In this document: positions 11,801 through 25,880 of the stretch, one piece after another | Layout: the number at the start of each line of letters is the position of its first letter | Numbering within the stretch: position 1 is the first letter of the stretch | NCBI GenBank assembly: GCA_000165425.1 | Contig: CT868680.1 | Span: 200,108 to 264,107 of the forward strand | Source of the DNA: Paramecium tetraurelia | Lineage: Eukaryota | Length of the DNA stretch: 64,000 nt | Direction of reading: 5' to 3' | The notes under the pieces: model-generated | The model's input: only the letters and a program-made list of their open reading frames with translations | Database searches by the model: none | What the model was told of the DNA's origin: nothing | Translations under genes and position numbers: made by a program

Positions 11801-14800
11801 GTTTTCTCCTTCTACTTCAAGTTCTCCTTGATTCTCTTCTTTAGATTTCCCCTCAATCAATTTTCTTAAGACACTGAGCAATGTTATGATAGTTTTGTTA
11901 TTCTGATTATTATTCAATGCATAACTTAGAAAATTAATAAATTTCTTTATCAGTGTAGTCCTTTCCACTTTCAATATCTTCTCGTTCTTTTCATTCTTAT
12001 TTTCGTTTTATCCTCCAAAGTACAACTCAAATTTAAGGATAGCCTCTGATAATTTCTGTGTTTCAGCTTGAATTTCGATTTTGCTTTTATCTGCCAAACA
12101 TAAATGACTAATGAATTCATCCCAAGCCAATGCAATCTTTTCTACATCTTCGGTTTTCACTTCCATTTCAATAATTGGCTACTCTTCTTTCTATTTTTTG
12201 TTTTATTTTTGCCAAAATTACATTCCCACAACATCTGGCTTTGCAAAATTATTATTATTTTAGAAGATAGTTTTTGGTACAGGATTGTCTCCATGACTTT
12301 ATTGAATGGCATTTTAATTAAACATTAGAATGGGTTCTTATTATTCAGTTAAGAAATTGTCATTCTCACCTGATTCTATATTAGACATAACTAACCTCAG
12401 ATTGTAATACTCCCCTAGATCTTCCCATTTTTATTATTGATTCTCCAATGAGGAACAACATCTACCCATTTCTGTGGTCTAATAAAATGAAAAAAATCCA
12501 GTCAAACTTTGAACATGTCTCTTCCTAGTAATGTACTTCCCTAACTATATCATTGTCTGTGATAATAGTTTAGCAAAACAAAGTAATTGCGCAATGTCCT
12601 TTTATTCATGATCATGTGCTTCCTCATCCTCTTCAGAACGAGTGGGCACATTTTTTCGATTTAGATAATTAGTAAACAGTGGCAAGACTGCATCTGTTAG
12701 AAAGTCAAAATATTTAGAGTAGGATTAGTCCATTGACAATTACTCTAATCTCTTGATCTCGAAATCTGTTATTCTCAATATGTCATTCTGAATATCCTTA
12801 GCCACATTATGACTCTTTTCACTTGTGATATGCACATTCATCAAGAATATCCATAGTTATTTCTTAATTAAACCGAATCCCTAATCTTGAATTGATGGAT
12901 TCTTCGATGTAAGTGAGTCTTATTTGCATATTAGAGAAACCAAATATTACAAACTGAATTTCTTCTTCAATTTAGCAACATTGATTGTGAAATTGTCTTT
13001 TTAATCTCCTTCAATCACTTATATGTATGCGCATTGTAATAACAAGTCCAATAACTTAGCGTGATATCGAAAGGGTTGATTCATAGGGGGAGGATGAGCC
13101 AAATCATTCAAAAAGTCAGATTGCTGCAATTAGATTTCTCCATCAAAGAGAAATTCATTCTTTTCTGTATACAATAACTCTTCCTTCTCCAAAAATGTAT
13201 TCAGAACTAGTAATTGATTATCGAAGAGGTACTTGTTGCCTTACTTTATGATGGTTAAAAAGAAATCCAAGTATTAAGCCTTCCTTCCATTCTAGTATAT
13301 TGCTTCCACGAATTTGTGAAACACCTTGTCATTTCTATTGATAGAAGATAACATCTTTTGATTGTCCCTATAAATCTCACAAATCAATGGAATTTAACCC
13401 ACTTCAATGTGAATGAATTCGAAACTTGATAGACTTTAAGATAGTAAAATTTGATTTTCATGATTGCTTCGACAAAAATAGGTCAAAAATTAAAATGCAT
13501 ATATAAACAACTAAGCTAATCTTTATTTTTTTTGAATATTTTTATTGTTTTCCAAATGAAAGTCCAAAGATTGTAATTGATCTCTTATTAAATTTAGAAT
13601 AGGCACATAGATCTTCAAGGCATTCATTAGGTTCTGCTTTTCAGGATCTATCTCTGAAGCTGTTGACATGATTCTGGCAGAAATCTGAGTGTCCTTGAAG
13701 AATCCCTATCTAAAATTATCGATGATTTCAAGTGTTTCATCTAAATCTTCGTACTTCGAGTTTTTCATGAAATCCGTTAACCACACTTCAGATCTATCAA
13801 TTAATTAATTTAATCGATATACATGCTCACTCAAATACTCATAAAGCTTACTTTTAATAGGATCACTAATCAATTACAATTTTAATAAATTATTACATAA
13901 CTCCTCTCTCTAATTGAACAACCTCATTATTATAGCCAAACATCTTTTTTCCAACTCCTCCTCGTGAATTTAGGAGAAGTTTGTAAATAAAAAGGGTAAC
14001 ACCACACCAATGGGATTTGAAATTTTTGTTATGTCTTCCTATGGTAAGTTGAGTGAGAAGTATTAATCCAAATCATAAATGAGCATCAGATTTTAGGTGA
14101 ATATTTTAAACTCCTCAGATTCAAGTTTAGTTTCTGCCAGTTTATTTAGAAAATTTAAAGCTCCAATTCCGAAGGCATCTTTTTGTTCCTCCTTCTCATC
14201 TATGTCCTTAATACCAGTTTTGGCTATGTTTGGAAGTAAGCCCAACAAATTTGAATCTGTTTTAGCCTACACATACTGTTGTATTTTGATAATGTCAATT
14301 TCAGAATCCTAAAGACCCACCAGTAATTCTTCCTTGTCTTTGGTTAATTTCGTCTGTTGCATTCCATCTTGCATTCTCTCTATGATTTGCTTTTTAAAGA
14401 AGGAGAGCACATTCAACATTAAATAATTTTACCTCATGTCCAAGAATCTGTCCATTATATTGCAGAGAGTCAACTTGATCTTAATTTCCAATTGATTTGA
14501 CCCAGACTCCTCTCTTATTAGAATTGTACTTTGCAATTCATTCTCCAATTTGATGAATCCTCTCATCAAGGGATTAGTATACATTTGTACATCATCAACA
14601 ATCCCATCATCAATCTGTTCTTCATCCTCAGTATCAGATTTCTATTCCTCATCAGACCCAAAGATGTTATTCAAATTTAAATTCAAATTCATAGGATTAG
14701 CCATATTCATTAGATTGGCTCCTAAATTTAAGCCAATTCCTAAGGGATTATTATCTTTTCTTTGTTTTCTCTGACTGATTTCATTCTTCTATAATTTGTA

Positions 14801-17800
14801 CACACTCTTCATCAATTACAATTGCTTGAAATCATAAAAAAAGAAGTGCACCACAATGTCGATAATCTATTAGTAATAATAATTGGGTTCTTTATCTAAT
14901 AATGTGAAGACATCCAATTCCAAAACCAGTTGCATCATTTGACAAGAATTGTACAATAATTCATTAATCAATAAGCTTTTTTCATCATTACCATCTAAGA
15001 CATCATAACCCCTGTTGTTCTCCCCATTCTCTTTGGAATCCAAAGAATGAACAATCTGATTCCTTACATCCTGCAAGTATCGAAACAAATCCTCAATCAG
15101 TGGTTTATACAAGTCCATATGTTGACTCTCCACAACTTGGTCAATACCTTTATACAAATTGCAGTATTTAGGCAATTGAACTCTATTCAAAGGGTCATGA
15201 TCAATATACAGACTCATGGCGATCTTACATAAAGCAGCTTGAAGCACACTATAGGTTTTATTGCCATCGTCTTGCCAAATGTTTTAAAATAGGAAATCCT
15301 TACTAAAATACTGTTCTAATTCTTATTTCCACAAATAGTTCCTACCGAAGGAAACATGTGCATAGAATTGCAATTATTCATTGATGAAATACATTTCCTT
15401 GGGGTCATTTTGTAATTTAAAAGGGATGATTAATTTGCCATCCTTTAATGTAATTTTGTCTGGATCTTCTTTATCTTTGATCAATGCAATCTTCTTGTGA
15501 TTATGTTTCTTCAATAACTTATAAATGGCTTCTTGATTTTGGTTGATTCCTTGGTTGTTATACACACACATTTCTCTTAGAAAAGTAAGATAGTCTGCTT
15601 TGTGAGGTTGATCATCATTCTCCAAAAGATTCAAGAAGAAAATAAGAAAGTTATTTTAGACTTTGTGATGCTGAACTTACATCTTCTCTTCTTCTGGTTC
15701 AAAGAATTCCTGTTCTTTGGGATTGTAATCAATCTTCATATTGGCAGATAATTGACTTAGCAATTCTTGGTTATTACCTATGATTGAAATCATGCATTTA
15801 ATGGCCTCTGGAATATGTCTGCAGTGATCTAAGAAATGTCCAATCAAATCGAAGGTGTACTTTTCATTCTCTGGATTCTATTTGCAAATGGACGTTAACA
15901 AAGTATAGATGGATTGATTCATATTGATCTTGAAAGCAACATAGGCAAGTAATTCATGTTCCTTTAGACCTTGCTTCTTATTGGATTGCTCTGTATTGCT
16001 CATTTTCTCTTGCTGTTACTGAGTGTCTTGCATTTAAATGATCATGAACCTACGACTCCACATTACCAAATCCTCAGGCTTCAATTATTAAACCAAGATC
16101 TTCACTAATAAATCAATGTAATATTATTCTTTCAATAGTTTCTATCTAAATTGATTGATGGTTCCATATTTTTGTTCAGGAGTAGAATTATACAATCGAT
16201 TATTACAGAAATCATTGATGTCTTCTATGCATTATTTGGTAGTTTATATTTTCAGTAAATGATCTTTCAACACTTCCTTGTCATTAGCATCATTCTCCCA
16301 TTTTAATTGTGAAACATCTTCCAAATAATTCATAAGTGTCTTTACACAACTCAGAACAAATGAGATTTCCCATACATCATTACTACTACTAGCATATAAT
16401 TTGAAGACACTCTAATCTGTTTTGTGTTGTTCCTGATGTAATACTGGTGTATGTATTTATGATTTCCCCCATTGGATGTCCACCCAATAATTGGTATTCT
16501 CCTATGCTTGATTCTCATGACATATGTATGCATAATTCCCTCTTGTTACTGACTTTTCTCTCATTTGAGTGTTCTTCAATTAACTAAAATAAAACAACGT
16601 CTATGTAGTCCTTTGTTTCTCCAAATAAAACCTCTCTATTGTTCCTGCCAAATACAATCCAGAGGCGAAATGCTTGAATCGATATTTCTTATCAAATGTT
16701 ACTATCCCTCCTTCTTTGTAATCTTCAGCCTCAATTATCCACATTGAATGCGTGTCTCCTGTGTATTCGTCGTAGCTCTCCTTTGTTGAACCACTCAACA
16801 CGTTCAACTCTACATTTTCAACTCCCAACCACTCCACCAAATTGAAAGAATGGAAGTTCTTCTGATCCACAGGCTTCCCTTTTCTAGTCGCTGCTATGGT
16901 TGTGTTGGTTTCACTATGATGCAACCATATGACGTCTCCACATTTCAAACAACCTGATGTCTCTGGCACGTAATCAGAATAGACTGATATTCTCCATTGA
17001 GTTTGGTTTTCCTCGTCCAAAGATGCATTCACTTCTCTCTTGATTATATCCTTCTCATTCTTGTACACTTACAAGTCTTCATCACTTTTCTACTTCTTCT
17101 TAGTTTTGCCATAATTGCCCATTTCTTAAGAGGCATGCAGAAATGTTAGTTTATTCATTAATGAAGTTGCTCTTACTATGTACACTATATCACTTGCATA
17201 AATTACTTACTCTCCTTCCTTTTGATATTTGTAAGCTGGCAATATCTTGAATAAGGATGCATCACTTGGCAATTCATCGAGAGTGATTTTGTAATTTGAA
17301 CTCTCCACTCTCGCTTCCTTCTGATGACAAGCCAAAAATTTAGATGATGCCAAATGCAACAATTGAATGTGAGATTTATACGAAACCTTGTGAGATTTGC
17401 ACTAACAATTACTATTACCAATCGTACCTTCTCGAAAGTGTCCAAATTGTATTTGAATTCCTAAAGCAACTTCTATGAAAATGATTGTATCTACTCCTTA
17501 GACATTATGGATTTTTCATCCGCCTTCTGTTGTTTCTGAATGCCATCCAGGATATTTTGAATTGCTGGTTGAGTTTCCTCCTCCTATTCCTCACCCTGCA
17601 ATTCCTTCAAAATCTCCTATTTCGTATTGTTAGTGAATTTTGGGAATATTTAAAATAGTGTGTTAAAGTATGGCCTGCTTTTCATTTTACCCAAATTTTT
17701 TGCAGTCACCACATCGATATGATGCTTATGATAAATGCTTTTAAAATACAAAGTTCTTTAAACAAACAGAACGCTTCACAAAACCATCGGCTGTAATAAA

Positions 17801-17875
17801 TGAGTGGTCATCTTACACATGAGAAATTGAAATCACAGATCCGTAAGTCAAATAATTTAGATCTTCTTGCTTCAT
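8857..17875 (-). CDS. IP3 receptor/ryanodine receptor-like Ca2+ release channel (CRC family), ~2,980 aa
   Basis: N-terminal LTYGSVISI, MIR-type YRFKHFASGLYL, RIH-associated LQLFCEGHYLDLQNYIRQQ, TM/pore region and C-terminal IIIDTFGSLR..CFICG..HIKVNHYMWNYVFF. Confidence 0.95.
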
Positions 17876-17941
17876 CACTCTTGATAAGTATAAAAGATTA
17901 ATTAAATAAATAGATTAAATGCAATCAAATTCAACATAACA

Positions 17942-19097
17942 CTCATTGATCAATATTGTCCCATCCAACATGATCTCGTCTCCATCTTAACTCTTTCTTC
18001 ACTCTCTTAGGCATTATATACCCCTTTGTATAATCATTCAAATTAACTACTTCCTTTGGACTTATCATTGTGAAAGAAAGAGAAATAAATCAATTTTACT
18101 TTGATATCATTAGTTGAAATGTATATTGGACAGTCTTTCCAATAGAAGACTCTCTAATCCCAATAATAAATTTCATCTTTTTCTTAATGTCAAATTGAAT
18201 TCTAGTTTAATTTTCTTATTATTTAGAGTTAATTGTGCAATATAATTCTCCTCTAATGTAATTAACCATAGTATCTTCTCATGAGCACTTAGTTTTGTTG
18301 GGCTGAATAAGATTAGTTTATCACAGTGACAAAATAACATTAATTTTCTAATCTAACCACTGAATCATATTTTATAGTATTACAATTTCAATAATCTTCT
18401 ATTTGATTTTTATAAATATTGTATGAATCTAGCGAGATATTATTAAAATAATTGATCCATTCGTAAGGGTCTTTTTTAGAAATTGTCCTATTTTCTTGAT
18501 AAATTCAGATATCTAATAATCTTTTGCTTGGTTCTTCAAGTAAGGAGTCAATTCAATAAAGTATACATAATGCCATAGGATTACCCCAACTCTCAAAAAG
18601 TATATCAATTTACGATTATATATTTAAGTTCAAATCATAGTTTCTAAACACTAAGAAGGTTAGAGGTTGAGAATAAATATAAGTTTAGATTTTCCTCTTA
18701 CATTTAATAGGTTTATTAGTTAAGCAGATATAAGATCTCATATAATGATTCATCTATTAATTACAAAATTTTTGACTTTATTATCACATCCATTTTTAGT
18801 ACTGTCCTTTGAAGATTATATACTATTATTTAATTCTGTAAGAATTGAATCAGATACTTATTGATCCCAGTAGTCAAGTAATTGCCATTAAGTTTAATAA
18901 TAATTATAAAATTGAAATACCTCAATATTACAACACTAAAATTGAATTTCACAAATAATACATAACTTATCATACACAGGCTTTTGATTTAAAAATACTA
19001 TTTAACAATCCACTTTTTCAATATGAGGATAACAATAAATCCGCAAATTTATAGTCTTTTTAAATATTTAGATTTATTATCTTATGAATTTTTCATG
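17942..19097 (-). pseudogene. Probable decayed gene remnant
   Basis: Coding-like segments (PYEWINYF, YWDQRVFYWKDCPIY) broken by in-frame TGA and frame changes not explained by introns; product not identifiable. Confidence 0.3.
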
Positions 19098-19441
19098 TTA
19101 TTTAAATCATTAAATTAGAAATTTATGTTATCAATTCTGAGATTCTGAAAAAAGGAGTTGATTAATATATTTGAAATGTGAAATTTAATAAAATTGTATG
19201 AAAAATCTCTAATTTTTGTGTTATTGACATTATGCTTAATTAAAATAAATAGAAAATATTAAATATTTAATAAACAACTAGAAGAATCATATAGTCATTG
19301 TTATAGTTGCAATAATCAATTAAACCTTTAATTTAATTTTGTAATGCCCCGGACAGATAAGGATGTGGTGGGTAATGTGTGGATTCAAGGAAATTTGGGT
19401 GTGTTTTTGCTTTAGTTTGATGATTATTTATTGTAATAATT

Positions 19442-19489
19442 TTGAGTATTAAATGATTAATTATAAACCAAATTATGAACCCGTTTTTT
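19442..19489 (+). promoter_or_regulatory. Candidate TMP upstream element (TGAGTATTAAATGA ... CCGTTTTT)
   Basis: Near-identical words lie upstream of the TMP at 31587; the core words lie upstream of TMP1. Confidence 0.4.
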
Positions 19490-19511
19490 AGATAATTAAA
19501 TTAAAAAAAAA

Positions 19512-20648
19512 ATGAGAGCACTCATCACAATTTGCTTAGTGGCTGCTGTATTTGCCGCAGATACAAACAAATTTGCTGTCCTCCTCCAAACTGGTACAAG
19601 AGGAAATGATGCTGTTGAATCAGTGTACAACCTCTTGAGAGATCTCAAGACAGAGAATGTTAATGTCTAAGCTGCTGCAGACAAAAAGAATAACACTGAT
19701 GAGGGTAAGCCTTATTTTATTATATCTTTCTAGAAATCTTCTCTTAAGTTATCGGTGACTTGACAAATGTCGCCTCCCTCAATAAATAATAATGGGAAGC
19801 CCTCGGTGGAGTTAGAGGTGATGTTGAAGCCTAAGTCAGGGTATGATTTATTAATAATTTCTCAAAGGATGGATATTAATGGTTGGCCTGGGCTGAAGGC
19901 AGACTTGCTGAAATCGAAAGAAGAAATGCATAACTCTAAGATTAAAGATGTTGGGCCAATGGACTCTTCGTCAGATCCCTTGCTGATCATGCTGATGCCA
20001 TCGGAGTAGTCACACTCTTGACTCAAGACGTTGCTGGATTCCTCACAAACAATGCTGGAGTTGAACTCGTTGAAAAAGCCTAAACAATCGCTGACAAATT
20101 GTCTGCCTACAGTCACCTCTTCTAATAAGACGCCATCGAGAAATTCCAATCCCTTGCCGAAGTTAAGAGAGAAGGAACAACTGGAGAACAAGTCCTTTCA
20201 ATCTTATAAGATTTACAAGGAGAATTGGAATCAACACTCGCCTAACTCTAAGAATAAGAAATCCACGCTGCTTTCGCTCTTGCCAAATACGTTTCAGACA
20301 CAAATGCTGAAGTCGCATGGTTGAACTCCGAACACGAAAGAAGAACAAACCTTGTTGAAAAATTGGAAACCGTACTCATTTGCCTTTAATCTTTTAGTAA
20401 CTCCCAGCCGTCTTAGCCCAATAAGCCAAGGCCCTCAAATTATGGAAAGATTCATTAAACGCCGTTGCTGGTGCCACTGCTGACTTGGAAGAAAAGAGAG
20501 AATTCTATGCCTCAGAAACCGTCAGAAGAGCAGGTAACTAATTTGACCTATATTTTTAGAGGAAAATGCTATCATTGATGTCGTTATCCAACTCTTCAAA
20601 GATTAAGTCAGATCATTAGCTTCATAAACATCCCTTAAAAGATATTGA
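19512..20648 (+). CDS. Trichocyst matrix protein / granule lattice-type precursor
   Basis: Signal peptide MRALITICLVAAVFA, acidic helical heptads typical of TMP/GRL, high-expression codon bias, 4 small introns. Confidence 0.8.
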
Positions 20649-20711
20649 TGGGATTATTCATATAAGAATTTATCTTAATTCATTCATTCCCTTTGTTTCT
20701 TATCTTATTTA

Positions 20712-22197
20712 TCAATTAAACAGCCAAATCAAGAGAATGTTCCAAAAATACTTATATATTAAATCGAGTTATTAATTATGAAATTTCAAAAATATCTATT
20801 CATTTTTATTGACTTTTCTTTATTATACTGTTTTTTTTCAAGATTTGACTATTAATTTGGTTAATATTTCTATCAGCAGATGATTCATCAGAGAGGAACC
20901 TATCAAATTGCCGCTTGTATTCCTATTGTTTGTTCACATATTGAAAGAATGAATATTATGTGGAATGTCTCGATAAGGATGATAGTTTATTGTTTGCTTA
21001 TGCAGGGTGTGCTAATTTGTTAAGAGTTAATTTCGTAGTTTAGATTTGGGTATCAAACTTACTGATATTAGCTTTGTCCAATTCACGAGGGGATGCCAAC
21101 ATTTCGAAATTGCTTTTTTGATTGAATTGCTAGATTTTAGCTTAAGGATTTTCAAGTTGTAAATAAGGTGTATAAGTGGGAACAAAGGGCATTCTAGATT
21201 AATAATCATTGATGTCCTTGATGGAACTCATGGCTTCCTTCCGCTGATCCAAGACATATTTGAGCTCTAGAAAATTCTTAAATAATGCATCAACTTTGAC
21301 ATTCTTCTAAAAGTATTCTTTTGGAGGGTATGTGAGATTATGCTATTCAACTATGTTCTTTCTATGCGATTTTTAGATTTTGGTTTCTAATTTGTTTTAA
21401 CCTTCTGTTTCAAGATCTTTGAGTCTTTACATAAAATCAATATCGCCTAATTAAGATTTCATGAGAGGATGTTTTATGATTTTAGGTTTTTCGAATTCTA
21501 AACTAGTTCTGTGCAAGACAGTTGCAAGGGAAGGCGAAATTGAATTAATATCAATTTTCATCCTTCTTAAAGGGGGTGATTTAAATTATTGGCTAACTTA
21601 ATATTATGAGTTTTCTTCAACAATTGGAAATTTCTTGTGCTTATTTGGAGCTTTAAATATCCCTAAAAGAATCTAAGCAAATTCTGATCCTTCATCACTT
21701 TCTAATTTAGTGAATTTAATAGGATGACCAAAGAATTTAGTGGGTTTAATATATTGTGGTGCCGGAGCTGTTTTCTTTGTGCAATCCAAGAATTTATCTA
21801 TGAAATATTTGTTAAGGGTAGTTTCAATATACTGATCAGATACGATTACTCCGTTGAGGGTGAAGGTGATAATGTGGAAGCAATCTAAATGAATCCTTTC
21901 AATTTTCTTTGTATTTAATTCATGAAGTTGTGGCTAGTTACAATAATTTTTTTGGGCAATATATGCAGCACAAAATATTAATGGATTTAGGTTTTCAACC
22001 TTAGAAATTTGTACAACTTTCATAAGAGCTATATAAGCATTCTTAAGTTTATCATTGCTTTATGAATTGTTGTAAAAGGCAACCAGACAATTGTAGCATT
22101 CATTCGTAAAGGTTTCAAATTGTTGAGTATAGAATGCATCGATTGGCTTAGTTATAAGTATACCTTAATTGATAAAGTCTAAAATAGCTTATTTCAT
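20712..22197 (-). CDS. Hypothetical protein with low-complexity C-terminal half
   Basis: Long code-6 reading frame from ATG 22197 (MKQAILDFINQG...); 3' end and intron structure uncertain. Confidence 0.5.
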
Positions 22198-23434
22198 ATT
22201 AATTAATATGTTCCGAAAAATTGATGACTGAAAATGTTGGTAGTGGATCAGATGTCAATAATTCAATGACTTTCATTGAGATCAAACTATGAGAATATAA
22301 CTAAATTGTATGGGTACAGAGATGGAAATCGTCAGCAAATAATAGTGAAATGACTTACTTGAATAATTTAAATATTTAGATTGGTGTAGATAAGAATTAA
22401 ACAAAATAATAAGATTGATATAATTATAGAATATGCATATGAAGTAGAATATTGAATCTTTGAATAATATAACAATGAAGGATGAAATGAGTTAATTACC
22501 AATAGAAGCAGAATTATAGCTTAGGAATTCAAGACCTTTGTATTTAAATAAAAAACTTATTTGTGTTAATTATATGTCGAATGTTTATAAATGGTGTATC
22601 TTCTCCTATAAATTCTATCAATATATTATACTAAATTGTAGATCATTTACTTTGTAAGCCCTTTTTGTTAGGTCGTAATTGAGAAATCAATTATTAAGCT
22701 ATCCTAACTAGATTGAATATGAATGTATGAAATTGTAAATTATTCTATTTTAAAATGACTTAATTGTATTGTTATTCTAAAAGAAAATAATTTAAAAAGA
22801 TGAAGTGGATCTATTTAGAATGCTTACACCATTTAGATAGCATACACAGCAAAGATTATGTTATGTGAGACATCTAAGAGTATGGAAGTCAGATGAGCTA
22901 TAGAATAAATGAAAATAAATATATTTCTATAGGATTAAGAGATGCTCAAGTACTTACAATTGAGTTGGCACAACGGATGCATAATTATTGAATTTCTCAA
23001 GAGCTTCGACAATTAATTATACCCCTTTAGAAATTATAATCAAAGAATTCATACTTATGTTATATAAATTATTAGCTTTTACTAAATTACCAAAGTAAGA
23101 AAGACAGTTATTCCCTATATTACAAAATAATCTTTAATCTCTATGAAGTTATTGCTTAACTTCAAAATATGTTTAAGAGATCTTATAAAAAATAGATTTA
23201 TTCCAAAATAGAATACTCAAAAATCAGAATTAGAGATCTCTACTATATGTAAGGATTTATTATCAATTATTAATTCATTTCGAATGGAAGGGAAGGGAAG
23301 AAGACATGATAAGATTTTGAATTTTGGGTAGAACAGATATAATTATATACAATTATGGAGTCCTTATACTTAAACTAGTCAGGTTTTAAATAATGAAATC
23401 CAAATTATGATATTTTTATAGATTTACTAATATA

Positions 23435-24061
23435 TCAATCAAAAGGTGAATAGTCGTATTCTGCCTTATTATGCATCACGAGTTGCTCTCCCACAAAATA
23501 AAAGCTGTCTGATTTTGTCTAGAATGGATTGTCAATCATTTCTTATCTCTATAATTCATAATCGTAATTGCTTACCATTGCCTCATCTATCTCTGGAATA
23601 GTGTAGATGTGTTCCCAAGTGTTTGTTGAGTCGGGAATGCAAAAGGGAAATTAAAATTCATAGCTTCTCAATAAGTGATCCTTGAAATAATGTCTCTCAA
23701 TAATTGTAAAGTTTTTGACAGGCTTGTTGCCCACTGAGAATGTCAATTAAGCACCAACAGTCTTCAATTCAAAGAATTAAGGTCCGAAATGATATTTAAT
23801 GCGTCTAGCCTCATCTTGATATTCTGGAGGTAGATTTTCTAAGGTATATCAACACACAATCTACCTATCGACTCTTCGTCTTGATCTCGCTCCACTTCGA
23901 ATAGGGTTTGCCCCGAATCCATATCTCTTATTCTAAATTTCAAGAATTGAATATTGTAAGTATTAGCACTTACTGGACACAGAAAACTATTATATATCTA
24001 TCAAATACTCTTGTGTGATTCCATTCAAATTTCTGACATATGCAGGAGTCACTTACTGCAT
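23435..24061 (-). CDS. UNC119: UNC119 myristoyl-cargo carrier
   Basis: [80 protein letters not shown]; three introns. Confidence 0.95.
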
Positions 24062-24124
24062 TAGATTTAAATATTTATTATATTATTATTATTATTTACT
24101 ATTCAACATATCATTTAAACATAT

Positions 24125-25037
24125 TCAACTCAAAGGTGACATCTCAATTGTCTCCTTCTTCAATTCCAAACTGAACCCAACCCATCTGACACTCCTTACC
24201 AAACTTAAATAACAATACAGATACGAATCCAACAAACCTATCAAACTCCCAAAACCAAAAGAAATTATCGGCCAAACTGTCGCATCTACTTTAAATTGAT
24301 TTATCATTGCTGGCTATTCTATTTAAATTGCATTCTTACCATCCCCCAACACACAGCCACCAAGAATGGATACAGAAATAATAAAAATATCTGTTTATTT
24401 TCTGCTAAGCATTTACTCCCCAGATGATCATAAAGTTCCTTTATCACGAGAGTAAATATAATTGCATTATAAATAAATGTTGACCAAATAGGTACATCCT
24501 AGAAAAATAAAATAAAATATTTTATTTTTGGCTTATTTGAATTAAATGAGCACATGCTCATTGGAAATGCTGTTGAAACTCCATAAGCATCGAAGGCAAA
24601 CGGTCTTCATCACTTCATATTATAGTTATTTACAATAATGACATTATTAAAGGAAATAAAAATCCTATCGTCCAATATACCATCTTTCGATATGTTCGAT
24701 CGCCATATTTAACTGTTCTGTAAAGATTGTTTGCAATTAAAGTTGTCCATGCTGTGCTTGCCAGCAAAGAATATTATAGTAATGTGGCTTAGCAATAGCA
24801 AATTGTTGGATAATCACTCAATTTAACTTCGGAGTTGTCTATCACCAGAAATGCTACTGCTGATGAAAATAACAAAATCTATTGTATTAGGTCGAATATT
24901 ATGATGTGTATAACTATCTTTAATTGATCCGTTCTCAATTCATGAAATTTCAAATAACAATATATTACAAAAGAGCATCCAATCATTGAAAGGCCTCCCA
25001 AAACCAATATTTCTATAGCAATAAATAATTGAGGCAT
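24125..25037 (-). CDS. GPCR-like 7TM protein (cAMP-receptor-like/GCR1 type)
   Basis: GGLSMIGCSFVIYCY, CYCQATLLQYSLLASTAWTTLIA and C-terminal SLIGLLDSYLYC resemble CAR/GCR1-family TM1, TM3 and TM7. Confidence 0.65.
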
Positions 25038-25880
25038 CAAATTAATTATATTAATAATTAATATAGTATTTGTCGCATTCAAACATGCATTACAATATCC
25101 AGTCAATTATATTTGTACATATTAATAATAATTATTTTAATTGTTGCACTCTAATTACAGGCATAGTCTAAAATTGATAATTGACTTCAATAAGTTGGAA
25201 CAAGGCACTCAAAGGCGATATGCTGGCTAAGTTCCCAACCTATTCAGCAATAATAGATTATTGGACTCTTGTTCTCATGGTCAATTCTATAATCATATCA
25301 CGATTACTTAATTTGATATAGAGATCTTGACCACTAATACATTCTCTATGTAAGATTCTTTGATAGCTACATTTGATTAAGTACAAATTTCTAAAGATTG
25401 ATGATTAAATTCTAAATGATTTAATCATGATTGGAATCTAATAAGGGTAAAATTACTCTTAACCTATCCTCAATAATCTGGTTTCAAATACTTATGTTAT
25501 TAGGTAACATTTGTTACAAGAATATTTGAGTTTAATTAATGATCTGCATAGTATAATTTTTAGACACCTTCACAGAATAATTTCAATCGAAATGCTCTCT
25601 TCAAAAGTGTCCAAATATACTGAATAATATGTTAAATGCTATATTCTAATTTGTTTCTCAAATATTCTATTGTTCTCATTTCATGAATAATTAAGTACTT
25701 GCAACAATGGTTAAATTAATAGTACAAATCAAGATTATATGTTGTAGAATATGAGTTTATTAAGATTAAATGATATTGATCTAAGGAGTAACGCATTAAA
25801 AGAAATGAAAAATTTTTCATCCCTTTTGGGATATTTAATCAAACAATAATTAATTATCAAAATAAATGTTAATTATAATT

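Noticed and set aside
22200..23430. Possible plus-strand gene or selenoprotein (in-frame TGA)
   Set aside because: TGA occurs in all frames tried, with no redox motif or SECIS seen; at most a decayed remnant.
25110..25860. Possible WD40-like remnant
   Set aside because: Similarity too weak and the frame is short.
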